Below are positions 34,096-46,281 of a stretch of DNA of 64,000 bases, piece after piece (positions within the stretch are counted from its first letter, which is position 1; the number at the start of each line of letters is the position of its first letter). Source of the DNA: Phallusia mammillata (Eukaryota); the NCBI GenBank assembly GCA_965637545.1, contig OZ281494.1, forward strand, positions 6,200,001 to 6,264,000, written 5' to 3'. A program made the translations under genes and the position numbers. Below the pieces are notes generated by a model. It saw only the letters and a program-made list of their open reading frames with translations. It was not told the DNA's origin and made no database searches.

Positions 34096-36769
34096 TTAAA
34101 CTGGAGACGATAATGTTGAGGCGGAGCCAAACAAAACACGAAAAAAATAAAAGTAAAGGATTGAAACACAGTTTAAAGACACTTCTCTTTATAACTTACT
34201 GAAAGATGAAACTTGGTTGTTACCGAGTTGACCTTCTTCTTGTGGGTCAAAAAGATCTAAAATATTGGATGGCATGAGAAATGTGTAAGGCGCTTGTCAT
34301 ATATATGACACCAAAAACGTTTTTAAAAAGCATCAACCGATTAAAAAATAATAATCGGTGAAAATGTATTGGAAAATTTGTAACTTGTTTGCAACAAATG
34401 TTTTCTTTTCAAAAAAAAATGACGTGATTAAACACCGTTATATGATCTAAAACATTAGCAAACACCATTAATCCCGAAACTATGTTCTTTTTTACAAAAG
34501 TTGCTTTTCATTTGGAAATCGGTTACAGCTGCTCCGATTTTGTCAAACCTACAGTTAGGCTATACGCGCTTTGTACGTTATCCTTAATTTCTAGCGAAAA
34601 ATACTACCTTACCCCTTAAAGGTTCAACAGGAGGTGGGTTTGGACGTCGCCTGATGACATAGTTGAAATTTGTGCCTAAAACTGAACCAACACAAAGATA
34701 AACTAAAACCGGAAAAGTTCCTTTTTTGAAAACTTTAGTGCTTTACATATTTTGCTAGTGGATCAATTTCATTTAATTTGAAACCTTTTGTTTGTAATAT
34801 GACCAATTAGCTTTGTACACTGACGAAGCTCCGAAAAACAAAATTTGAAAAAAACAACAACATTATGTTGCCGAAATAATCAAAACTATTCAAAAGCTGG
34901 AAGGGACAAAGCATTCGAACAGCCTAACGTACTAAATGTCTCTGATTGAGTAGGAGTATCGTCTGGAATCTCAGTTTGGTCGGGAGCGGCTGTAACTGTC
35001 GCAGAAACCGAATCTCTTGCTGGTGACTCTAAAAATAGTAACACCGAAATTGGTAATAGTGTCAATGCTTTGTTTACATTAGAGTTGGGTTACAAGAAGC
35101 AGTCAAGCATTTCAGAAGATATGACTTGACAACAAGATCTTGCGCTTTTCATCTGGGACACTGGGACCCAGGGACACAGAAACATGGTGGATTGTGTGTC
35201 GAAAGTCGATTTTTATAAAACTACTTGACGCGATTTCTGCAAATGTTAGCTTCTAACATGGAAACGTCAGATCAGCCTTTAAATATTTATTGGTTTAACT
35301 TTATCACGTACCTGTTTGATGTAACGCACTTTCATCTGATTCGTATGGCGGAGTTGAGCTTCTACTGTAGGTTTTCTCTCCGTTTGGTTCTACAAACAAT
35401 AAACACATCAATCACCTGGTCAGATTTTGAAACAGCTTTACCTGGTTTTGAATTTTGTTCACCTTGAAAAGACCCCAAACGATATGAGAATAATTTGAGT
35501 GGAACCATCTTGTCCTTAGTTTTCTCTGGTTGTTGTTCATTTAGCTTGAGTTGCCTCACAACATCCGTCTCCTGCCGAAGCAGAGCGTCAGGATCTTGCT
35601 TGTCAAGTAGTTGCTGCAGAATGTCGACGACTTCATCCATGTTTGGGCGTTGTGACGGGTCTTGTGCCCAGCATCTCTTCATCAGTTGCACGAGTTGCTC
35701 CATGGTTTCCTTGTCATCATCATCCAGAGTTTCCACCCACTCGTGTAGCTGCTGACAATCTGGTCTCATCCCTTGACCGACTCCTTCCAGTACCCGTTGT
35801 TTATTCTGTAATTGGTAAGGTTGCTTTCGCATTAAAACGGTGTAAGTGGTTATGCCAAATGCGTAAATATCAAGCTCTTTTGTCGGTTTCATGTACGGAT
35901 CTCTTATTTTTTCTGGAGCGGTATAGTAGGGCGTGTATTGTTGCTTTTCTTTCCTGCTTCTTGCCAATGGATTTTGAGGTGTTGACGTGCTCAGAGTTGC
36001 TAGCTCCGCTGAACCGAAATCAGCTATTTTGCACAGCAACGTTTCTGTCAGAAGAATGTTTCCTGGTTTTAAGTCCGCGTGAATAAGTCGTTTGTCGGGT
36101 AAATTATGACAAGCTTTAATTCCTTTTGCAGTTTGAGTCAAAAACCGAAGACGCAGTGCGTTGCCCAAATCAATATTGGGTTCTAAAAGTAGTGTCTGTA
36201 GATCTCCTCCTTTGCAATATTCCATGACGATCCCCATCGTAAAAGCCCACTCGACGTGGCCATGAACTTGAACTATATGTTCATTTTTTGCTTTTTGCAA
36301 ATGTTGCATTTCTTGTTTAAATCTGTGGAATAAAAAACAGTTTGCTTGTCCCATCCAGAAAAGCCCAAGAACTATAAAATTACTAACGTTTTTTTCGTTA
36401 ACGACTTTCCCCTTTCCCCTGTGGTAATAAGAAACGTCTTAACAGCCACATCGTGTTGTAAAAGTATGCTATGTCCAAACACAACATACGCAAAACCACC
36501 AGAGCCGGCCGCGTAATCTTTGGGGTTGCACAAAATTTCACCAGCATCAAATTCAACGACCTTTATAAGAAAAGTCCCTGATGATTTTTTAAATTAGTAA
36601 AATAAACTAGTGAAAATAATGTAACAAAAACTAAGTTAGATTAAATTAAATGACAAAAAATAATTGTGAAATATATTATGAGAAGTGAAAGTTATTATAA
36701 CTTAGTCTATATTATACACCATAAATTACAATTTTCATTATTTTTACTTACATTCTCGTTCCCTTCCAT
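34096..36769 (-). CDS. RIP-kinase-like (TKL group) Ser/Thr kinase with a low-complexity tail, ~456 aa in the short model
   Basis: Exons 36769-36752 (MEGNEN), 36560-36388 (AGSGGFAYV, VAVK), 36322-35442 (alphaC Glu, IVMEY, HADLKPGN, DFG, YTAPE), then phase-1 exons 35389-35312, 35028-34933, 34675-34613, 34256-34200 and a possible last exon from 34100 (stop at once; AATAAA at 33830-33825). The 3' end is uncertain. Confidence 0.88.
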
Positions 36770-37769
36770 TGGGCAAGGTTTTAAGAAATATCTTGTTCAG
36801 TTTAAGTTGAAAGTGATTATTTCTCCACTAGTTACATTCAAAACTGTGGGGCTACTGTGATCTTCTCCACATTTGAAATATCTGACGAAGCACTAAAAAG
36901 TTTGCAGTAAATAAATTAATTTCCATTGTTTGTTTTAGTCGTTAGATAAAGGGTTTAATTTTAGAAACTACGATAAATTATTTTGACGACAAGCTGACAA
37001 ACACATCTAAACTAACTGATCGAAATTTGAAACGGAACTACCTCAAACAGCTATTTATAGGCACAAATCAGAGAACTCCTAGTTACTGAGCATATTGCTT
37101 TTACGTCACTAGTTACAACATCACATGACGTTAAGTAGGCAGCCACGGTGCTTGTTTTGCTGCGACCTTCTCTGTTCTGCAAATACAATTCTTCTGGGAA
37201 AAGCTCGAATACTAGGCTACAAAAGCTAATTGCTCGCGTATAACATAATTGCTCGTCAGCGCAGCTACAGCCAACCGGACGGATCGCCTGCTTTTTTGCT
37301 AAATAATTATGGATGTAATGTGAAAGAAAAAATTATGTAAAAAATTAACTTGCGCCTCACTTTTACTCCACTTCAACATCAACAAGCTTTTGAACCTTCC
37401 AAAATACCTAGTTGGCATCACAAATGTGGGGCCCTAAGAGTTAAGACGACTAAATGAAAGGATTGACCTATACATTTGCACAAAGTAGGGGCTAACAAAA
37501 TGTCAAGGCTTTTATGCACCACGTTAATACAAAAGCATGGAGAATTAAATTTGCGTCAGATTTTTGACAATATTTTACTTGACAAATAAAACTGATATGT
37601 AAGATGTTTGTCAGTTAATTGCCAAATACATAAAATTGCAAATTAAGAAGATAAAACTGACAATATATTACAGGTGTGGCAAAATTTTTTGAAAGAACTT
37701 CCTTTACACAATGGTAATAAGAATCATATTTAAATTTTCGTGTTAAACGCAATCCAAATGACAAACGTT

Positions 37770-37932
37770 TATTAAAGTTTTTTCTGCAAATTATGTTAAC
37801 AATAACGTTAAAAAAACTTTTACGTTTTCACTTTTTCCCAGGCATTTTGGTAAACTGACACATTTGAATAGATTTGGTAGGTGTGGTAGTGTTTTTCAAT
37901 CCTTCAACGATTGTGGCGAAACCGTTTGCTGT
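37770..37932 (-). pseudogene. Heavily deleted relic of a third TPR paralog
   Basis: gtttttcaatccttcaacgattgtggcgaaaccgtttgctg (37880-37921) matches paralog B coding sequence near 41320-41360 and directly abuts the duplicated upstream region. Confidence 0.5.
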
Positions 37933-37934
37933 TT

Positions 37935-38430
37935 TTTAAATAAAACGGCTGTCTTTCAGAAATTGCTAATATGCTCACAACTATCAAAGACGTAAATGCT
38001 GATAACACCGACTTTGGCAAACCTACAACTCAAACGTTTACTAATTACGTATGAGAAAACTTAAATATTGCTCACAATCTGCTCAATACACTGGTCTCTT
38101 CATATTTCTTGTGTGTCATTATTAGCGGGATAAAACATTCCACGGTTTTATTTCAACGGGCAACACACAACACGCACAGCACAACGACACACGAAACAAC
38201 CTTTCCATGATTCACAGCAGGTTTATTTACAAAGAGATGTCAAAACCTCGGAAACCCAATACAGAATCTCGAAACCCAATATGGAGTCTCGAAACCCAAT
38301 ACAGAGCATAATGTTCATTCGAGCATAATCATCTCGCTGCCTGCAGAGGTCGTGGACCCGCTGGATCGCTATTAGTCGAAAGTCATCAAATCACACAAGC
38401 ACAAACGTTCGTGGTGTGACATTGGTATTA
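37935..38430 (+). repeat. Segmental duplicate of 41975-42495 (5' flank of TPR paralog B)
   Basis: Long colinear matches, e.g. tacgtatgagaaaacttaaatattgctcacaatctgc, catatttcttgtgtgtcattattagcgggataaaacattccac, gtggacccgctggatcgcta. Both copies hold a ~20-bp GAAACCCAATA tandem unit. Confidence 0.85.
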
Positions 38431-40779
38431 GCCCTTCATGTGGTGTATTTTTTTGTTGCATAACAGAAAGCACTGTTACTTAAAATAAAAGAATTTTGAC
38501 GACAAACCAAAGCTCAATTGGCTTCAGTTAAACGATGCGAAAAATTAAATTAATCCTGGTAACATTTGTACAAAACTTGTTTTGCGTTAAAATGCTGTGT
38601 GTGGAATAACCCTGATATAATAGTTGTGTACAGCAGATTGTTTTACTTATGCTTTATATCGCCCCACACGTACCACTTATTCCATTTTGCCGATTTAGAG
38701 CAAACATTTTTCTTCTAATAAAGTAACAATGCAACGATTTGACTTTACTTTACTTTAAAGCTTCATTTATATCAAATAAAAACACCCGGAAGTGTGTGTA
38801 GCGACATCACGTCAAAGATGTTATTTACCAATGAAACTACATTAAAATCACAAACGAAATTCTAAGCAAATGCTGTTAGTAACTGCCATACATTATGTTT
38901 AGTAAAAAGAAACTGTACATACAAAAGGACAAAAGTGGCAAAGGCTTTTTCTGTTCTAAACTCTATCTTATATTAGGAAACCATCTGCGGTAAACCATAA
39001 GTGTTGTAAGCAACGAAATGTTTATTAAGCTTGATTTTTTTGGAACTTTAGTACATTATTTAGAAACGCGACGTCACAACCATTGGTGTAACACATTGAC
39101 ATCCAAATTCGGATCATTTGAAGCTTTGGCATTACTACGTAATTTGTTTGCTTACAAGTTTCACAAAACAAAATGTGCACAAAAAGACATAATTTAATGT
39201 CGTAGTGTACTGTCTACGTTTCGGTGGCATTTTGACAAATATGACTTTGCCTTTACCGATCATTATCACTTTAAGAGACTCTTAAGTCCTTACGCGTGGT
39301 CACAATCAAACGTTTTTGACTGCTGCTAGAAGATGTACGCAGCAAAACAATTCAAACGGTAAAAGGACAAAGACCTGAGCGAATGGTCACATATCGACGT
39401 AAAAACCTAATCAGGTTAGGTAAACAGCTGATAAAAACGAAGACTTTTGTCCAAATAGCAAACATTAAAAAACTGTGTTTAGCTTTCCCGACTATTTAAC
39501 TTTTTATTTAACCAACATATTTTGAGCTGTTTGCCCGTTAACTTTTTTGACACGAAACTTATTGTTTTCATGTTTAAGGCAATGATCTCTGTTTCAAATA
39601 TATTCTTCTTTTTAAAGCCACATGTTGATTTTACCGATTTGAAAAAAGTTAAATGTTTAACTTTCTGCAGTTTATGTTTCAATTTCTAAGATGTTATAAT
39701 TAATACACTTGCAAAAGATGATGGATTGTTTCCAACTGCCCCGCTCTGACGATTTGTGAACCTTATTTTGCGTTAACGACGCACGAATACTTTCATCCCG
39801 AAAAAAAATCATAACCCAGCATTTAGCTACAAAAAGATCTACAGTAGCGCTTATTCCTTTTTTTCAGACGCTCATCAGCAAACCGGGCGGATCGCTTTCT
39901 TGTGTTTAATTTGACGTATTCTGTTTTGACACATTATGAGTTATGACCTTGCTTTTTTTTCTGCATATAACTTGTATATGTGTGTGTCAACAATATGTTA
40001 GGCATATATTAAACGTGTTGGTTTTGTTTACAATAAGGGTCAAAAGGCCGAGCTGGCAACAATATTTTGCAGGTCGTAGAGATAAGACTACGAAAAAAAT
40101 CTGTATTTAACAATATTTACAAAAAGTGCAAGTAACCAATGTAAGTGAAAATACATTAAATTAAATGGAATTTGTTTTTCAAACACCTAAACGTCACAGT
40201 TAAGTTTTCCCGTTGTGTGTTTGATTAATTTGAATTACAAGTTGCTGTTAATTACAAAGATAAGTGAATTGTTTTCACGAATAGGCAAGTCTGAAAGACA
40301 AAATTGACAAAAGATTACAAAAAGGTGTAGTAAACAACAAAAATAAACAAAAACCAACAACAGTTACATTTGCTTTTTGCGTTAAATTCAAATAAAAAAA
40401 CATACGTTATTAAAACTGTTTGTACGACTGTCTGTACTCCATATAGCTTAATTCTCATTTCAAATGATGTTATGCCTGTCGACACATATCAATTCCACGC
40501 AAACACTGATACAGCATCAAACTGCAATCTTGCTCAATTCTGCTTCGTGACACACCCTTATCGTGACAGGTATTTGCCACGGAAAAGCCTATAAGTAATC
40601 AATTTGTAAATGGTAAATCTAAAATGTGGCAATCGAAACAGTTTTGCAGTGTAAAAACAGAACTTAGAAACAGCTTGCTTTAGAAACAGAATTAAGTAAG
40701 TAAAAACAATAAGTGAAAAGTGTTGGTACTGCAAACAATCAAACAAACGCAAAGCAAAAAATGTGAAAATAAACAAGCG

Positions 40780-41952
40780 TTAGCTCAAACTTGCTAAAGC
40801 ACAACAACGAAAAGCAATAAAAATCAGCGCAATAAAAACACCAAATACGAACTTCCGTGCTATTTGCAGATTATCTTCAGTATTTGCAATAGCATTATCT
40901 ATCGCCCCTATATTTTCCCCAGCATAATCTTTTGCTGTCTTATAAGCATCCAACGCTTTCGTGTAGTAAATTTCTGCTTCTTTATTTCGAATTGTTTCCG
41001 TCAAAAGAACTCCAAGGTTGTTTAATAAGTCACCGTACACCACAAATCTCGAACTTTTCTCTCCGAATCTCTCTTCCATAAATTTTAGTGCCAATTTTAT
41101 TGTTTCTTCACTCGGCAAAAAATCCTCTATGTAATATTGACACAATGCAATATGTAGCAAACATTGAGCTTCACGAACCCATCGATTGTATGGTACCGTA
41201 TTTTCCAAATTTTGGATTTTGTGCCGCATTTCATGCATAAGTGGGATCACGTGATTACGTACAAACCGCTTATCATAATAAAACCACTCATATTTGTTTT
41301 CCATAATAGCTTTTGTAGTGTTTTTCAATCCTTCCGTGATTCTGGCGAACCCTAACGCTGCAGAATTCCCCTCCGGATGTTTTTCTTGAAAATTCGATGC
41401 CATGTGGTAAAAAAAAACTGATTCCAAATAGTTTTTATCGTATGTTAGTTTCTGGGCGAACTCCCTTAATTCATCAACTGTAGAAACAAATACTAGCTCC
41501 GGCATCTTCAAAACTTTTTGCTGCACTTGATTAGCTGCGTCGTAGTTTTCTTGGTTTATAAATCTTTTGTATTCTTTCGCCAGTCGCAAGTATTCAGAAT
41601 TTTCCCCTTAAAAAGGAAATATTTTGAATCAATATAATTGCTATCAGCAAAAAGTGCTTTAAAAGTTTACGGTGTAATGGAGTTTATATACAATGGACTA
41701 AATTTAAAACTTTGTGAACACTTACTTTGAAATTTTTCAAGAGGGCTGTAATCGTGACGTGAAAGCAGGAAAGCAATCAATGTAATCGCAATACATACGA
41801 TTAAAAACCCAGGAATACGGAAACCTAAAAAAGCATATTTGAAACAACATATTTAAATTCTCGTTTTGGCCAGTTCCATTCTTGTCTGGCCGTTTGAACG
41901 CCCAAACACACTTTACGTTTAAAAACTTACGTTGATAGTTGTCCAAGTCCAT
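40780..41952 (-). CDS. TPR-domain protein, paralog B, with a C-terminal hydrophobic tail
   Basis: Exons 41952-41931 (MDLDNYQ, phase 1) and 41606-40780. Shares HVIPLMHEMR, ES(I/V)(L/F)FYH, EA(R/Q)C and YG.LLNNLG with paralog A. Ends FVFGVFIALIFIAFRCCALASLS. Confidence 0.88.
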
Positions 41953-43312
41953 TTTTAAACACTTATTGTTTGTCCTTTATAAAAAAACGACAGTCTTTCA
42001 GAAAACGCAAAAATGCTCACAACTAACAAAGACGTCAATACTGATAGCATCGACTTGCCAAACCTGCAAACAACTTAAATGTTTACCAACTACGTATGAG
42101 AAAACTTAAATATTGCTCACAATCTGCCCAATATACTCAACTGTTCACATTTCTTGTGTGTCATTATTAGCGGGATAAAACATTCCACTGTTTTATTTCA
42201 ACAGTCAGCACACAACACGCACAGCACAAAAAAACAAAACAACTATATAACATGATTCACAGCAGGTTTATTTACAGCGAGATATCGAAACCTTGGAAAC
42301 CCAATACAGGATCTAGAAACCCAACACTAAGCCCGCAAACCCAATATAGGGTCTCGAAACCCAATACAAAGTACAATGTTCATTCGATCATATTCATCTG
42401 GCTGTCTGCAGAGGCCGTGGACCCGCTGGATCGCTATCAGTCGAAAGTCATAAAATCACACAAGCACAAACGCACGTTGTGTCATATTGGTATCAACGCA
42501 TCTCCACTTCAGTGATTTCTTGTGTGTGGCGCGTTGTGATTGCCTATTTTGCTAGAGGCTTGTGACGTGGTATTTCCTTGTGTTTTGTGAATCAGTTCTC
42601 TTGTGGCCCCAGTAAGTGTGCACGATTTGTGTGCTGTTGTGCTGCTTTGCTGCGCTGTGGTATCGTGTCGTGACATGATTAAACAGCACTTTTTCAAGGT
42701 TTTATTCATCATAATATTTTCATAATTTCGCCAATAGTGAAGTCACCGTTGAAACAATTGGTTTTAGCGATAAGCCATTAGTGCAGGGTTTTACGAATTA
42801 GGAAGGTATAGCTTCGGGTATTAGAATACAATTGGGATAGCTGGGAAAGTTACGCGTTAAAGATGTCGCACTCGAACAACTTTCGCTAAAATTTCGAGGT
42901 TACCAAAATAGTTCCGTAACATGAATATATCTACAAACAACAAAAGCATGCAATTATTTTATTAGCTCAGGCAACGCAATTGACATGTCACGACGACACA
43001 AAACAACTTCGATTGTTTCACCATCCACCTCACGTTTATTTATAGCGAGGTGTTGAAAACCTCTGAAATCTGACACGGAGTCTGGTAAATTGAACAAGGG
43101 GGTGAAATGTTAGAACTACTTTCCAACTTTGTGGAGCCACTTGCCATACGCAGTAGATTAGGATTGATAGATTTGCTGGCGAATAAGACTCATTATGACA
43201 TACAACCGAAGCTGTGTGAAATTTTATTTATGCACATTTCCACTTTTTGCTGGATTCTACAAATATGCAAGATTTTCGTAAATATCCTAAGCAGTTGATT
43301 GAGGGTCCTAAG

Positions 43313-43483
43313 CAGTGGTGGGATTCAGCTGGTTCGCACCGGTTCTATAGAACCGTCTCACGAAATTTTATGAGATCAGCGAACCGGTTAGCATTACTGG
43401 TTACTGACTTTTTGTAACAAAACCGGCGAAAAATTATGACCTTGGTGATAGAACCGGCTGACAAAAATTGAATCCCACCACCG
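43313..43483. mobile_element. hAT MITE (171 bp)
   Basis: TIR CAGTGGTGGGATTC / GAATCCCACCACCG; perfect TSD GTCCTAAG at 43305-43312 and 43484-43491. Confidence 0.92.
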
Positions 43484-43779
43484 GTCCTAAGGCGCATACT
43501 ACACGTCCTGGTTCAAATTTATTATGAAAACATTGGCAGAAGTACTTTACTCAACACTTAATGCGAGGTGCGATCCGATTAAAATTCTACGTAAAATGAA
43601 AATTTAAGTTCACGATTCTGTTTGGATAAGATAGGGATGACAATTCATGGTAAAGCTTATATATCTCTAACAATCCTAAGGACGAATGATGACATTAAGT
43701 TTTTATGCTCATTACTTTTTGTACGCGTCAAATTACGTAAAAAATCAACTCCTCTTAGGATTCAAGCGAAAAAACTTGT

Positions 43780-44490
43780 TCTATTGGGCTATTTCAAATC
43801 GGTTTAAACCAGATTGGAAAATCGACAACTTTGAACTCATTTTTTTAAAGGCTATAGATATTCCATTTTTTCGATTTTTGGGGGGTGAAACATTGAAGCA
43901 GTTTTCGGTGGATTCTCGCAAGAATATTCAAGTTTCCAACCGGTTCTGGCCGGTTTCTGCCTCCTACCGAACCTCCAAACCGGTTTAAACCAGATTCAAA
44001 AACCTACAATTTTGACCCGATTTTTGAAAAAACCCTAAGGCTATAGCTATTCCGCTTTATCGATGTTTGGTGGTCAAAAATGAAAAAAAATCTGGTTTTG
44101 GGTGGGTATTCGCCGGAATATTCTGGTTTCAAACTGGTTCTGACCGGTTTCTGCTTCCTACCGAATGTACAAACCGGTTTAAAGCAGATTCGAAAATCGA
44201 CAATTTTGACCCGATTTTTGAAAAAAAACTTATAGCCTTTTTGTTTATTCGATTTTAGGGGTCAAAAAATGGAAGAAAAGTCCTGTGTTTGTTGGATTTT
44301 TGCCGGAATATTCAAGTTTCAGATTAGTTCTAACTGGTTTCTGCTTCCTACCGAACCTCTAAATCGGTTTAACCGGAATCGAAAATCGACAACTTTGACC
44401 CGATTTTTGAAAAAAGTTATAGCCTTTCCGTTTTATTCGATTTTAGGGGTCAAAAAATGGAAGAAAAGTCCGGTTTTGGGTGGGTTTTGT
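43780..44490 (+). repeat. Tandem array of a ~190-bp unit
   Basis: Unit tattc(a/t)agtttc..ccggtttctgc.tcctaccgaacctccaaaccggtttaaa..gaaaatcgacaattttgacccgatttttgaaaaa recurs near 43925, 44120 and 44310. Confidence 0.85.
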
Positions 44491-45070
44491 ATTTCTAGAT
44501 GCAACCTTAATGAAGACCTGAAGAAAAGTTTTTATCAAAGTTGCTGTTGTGTCGCTCAAATAAACAAAAAGTTGAGAGCGATTTGTTGTTGTTTTTGCTA
44601 CTCTATATGTGCAGGGACTTATGTGACCATTTGTACGCGCTGCTGGAGTTCACCCAACAAAAACAACTCACAATAAGATCAATATTTTACAACTCAAATA
44701 AGGTCAATAATTGTTTTCCCGCTCAATACCGCTTGTGTTGCATGAAAAACTAATTAGAAATAACTGATATTTATGGATTTATTCATACTAGGATCAGCCC
44801 GAAAGCCTCCATGCAGACCAGCGATCACGACATACTCATTTATAAATCATAGTACGCCAGGCCTATTAAAGGCGTCATACCTGATCAACCCGGTCTCCCA
44901 AGCATTCCAAAATGACAAAGCACAGGCTAAAAATTCTCAGGTCCCGGAAAGACTCCTGTCAAGGGTTCGAATCTCACCGCATGCTAGGTATTTATAGTCT
45001 GTGCCTTGTCATATGCTTGGAAGACCGGCCGCATTCGGTATAACGCCTCAACAAATTCAGATGGCTTTTT
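44490..45070 (+). repeat. Duplicated block, partner about 46465-47180
   Basis: Colinear blocks: tgcaacc.taa.gaagac.tgaagaaaagtttt, ccgctcaataccgcttgtgttgcat, cagaccagcga.cacgaca.actcat, and the embedded TIR element. Confidence 0.8.
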
Positions 45071-45881
45071 ACTTTTCTAATGTTTTGTCATTCAAAACGA
45101 AAAAAAAAAGATTTACTACATTCAGATACAATTTGGTAATGACACCAAAAAAAAACAGAAATTTTAGAAAAACTGTGACAAAATTTGGTTACATTTCAAA
45201 GTTTGGAATAAAATTCCCAAGATAAAATTGGTAACCGCACGACCGCTTTCAACTCCAAGGACTATTGATTCAAAGCAAAATGTTATACGCTGATCCAGCA
45301 GCAATTACTTACTACGTTTAACACAGACATGTTTCATGCCGCAGCAAACCGGAATCAATTCAGCAAGGCTCATTTTTCACAAGAACTTGAGAAGGAAATA
45401 AATTTGACAGTTCGTTTTCAACAGATGTTTGCGAAACGATTCGAAGAATGAAAGCTGCTTCAATCTTGCAAAGTGTTTTCAGTGGTAACTTACAACTTTC
45501 TCGAAGTGCAGATTTTACTTAATAGTGTAGTCCTGGTAGTCAGACTTATTAGTCGTTATTACCCTGTATATTGGTATAGAAATAATTGTGTTGAGTAGTT
45601 TGCCATTATGAGATGTTAAAACATCGGCTAAGTTACACAGAAGTGCCAGTTGAGCAAAAATGGAAAATTAAATCATTCACAAGTTTCTGTGTTGTTCAAT
45701 AACAATTGTGTTGGGTATCCGACATTGATAAAAAAGACGCCCAGTTTAGGACGTCGAAACGTCGAAGGTCTTGTATATATTTGCCGGTTAAACAGAGAAA
45801 AGTTTATGAAATATGCCTGGTAACAATACTATACTCAACAACAATTGTGTTTTAATTTAGTATTGTGTATGAATCCGCAAA

Positions 45882-46281
45882 ATGAACAAAGTACTGTTGT
45901 TGGCATTGGTGGCTTGTGTGATGCTCATGTGCATTGATATGGCTCATGCCCAATATCCTGATGAAGAAACCGAAATGAAAGAAAATTGTAAGTAACTCGT
46001 CAAATCCATTTTTCCCAGTTATTTCTGATACAACAAATAGAACTTCATCCATCAAACCACATCGAATACAAGAGCTTAAGTGTAAATGCTGCAATAATCT
46101 TCCCCCATTCAAGCTAGACTTTATACATTACACAATGTGCTTTCTTCACCGGCACGTGTATATTAAATGCAAAATAAAGTTTAAAAAATTATCTTCTTCT
46201 ACAGTTATCTCGCTATTGGAGGATGTTTTGGCGAAATACGAGGCTGACAAGTTTCGTGGCGAAATGGAAGATAAAAAGTAA
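45882..46281 (+). CDS. Small secreted peptide precursor (60 aa, 2 exons)
   Basis: Exons 45882-45987 and 46205-46281 (GTAAGT donor, ttctacag acceptor, phase 1): MNKVLLLALVACVMLMCIDMAHA-QYPDEETEMKENFISLLEDVLAKYEADKFRGEMEDKK*. Upstream acceptor at 45860; AATAAA at 46309-46314. Confidence 0.75.

Noticed and set aside
34200-34256. RHIM-like GQLGNNQV in the kinase tail
   Set aside because: It lacks the I/V before Q and the G-x-x-N-x-hydrophobic spacing of RIPK1/RIPK3/TRIF RHIMs; too weak without an HMM test.
34810-36900. CTGACGAAG motifs (about 34820 and 36883) as additional hammerheads
   Set aside because: No stem II followed by GAAA-N-UH and no stem I.
45988-46018. Alternative 31-nt intron giving a longer Cys-containing peptide
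   Set aside because: Shorter than any other intron here (minimum about 52 nt); probably unspliceable.
45852-46112. His-rich minus-strand ORF (HINAHEHHTSH) suggestive of a metal transporter
   Set aside because: It is the antisense of the signal-peptide exon, which has better splice and poly(A) support.
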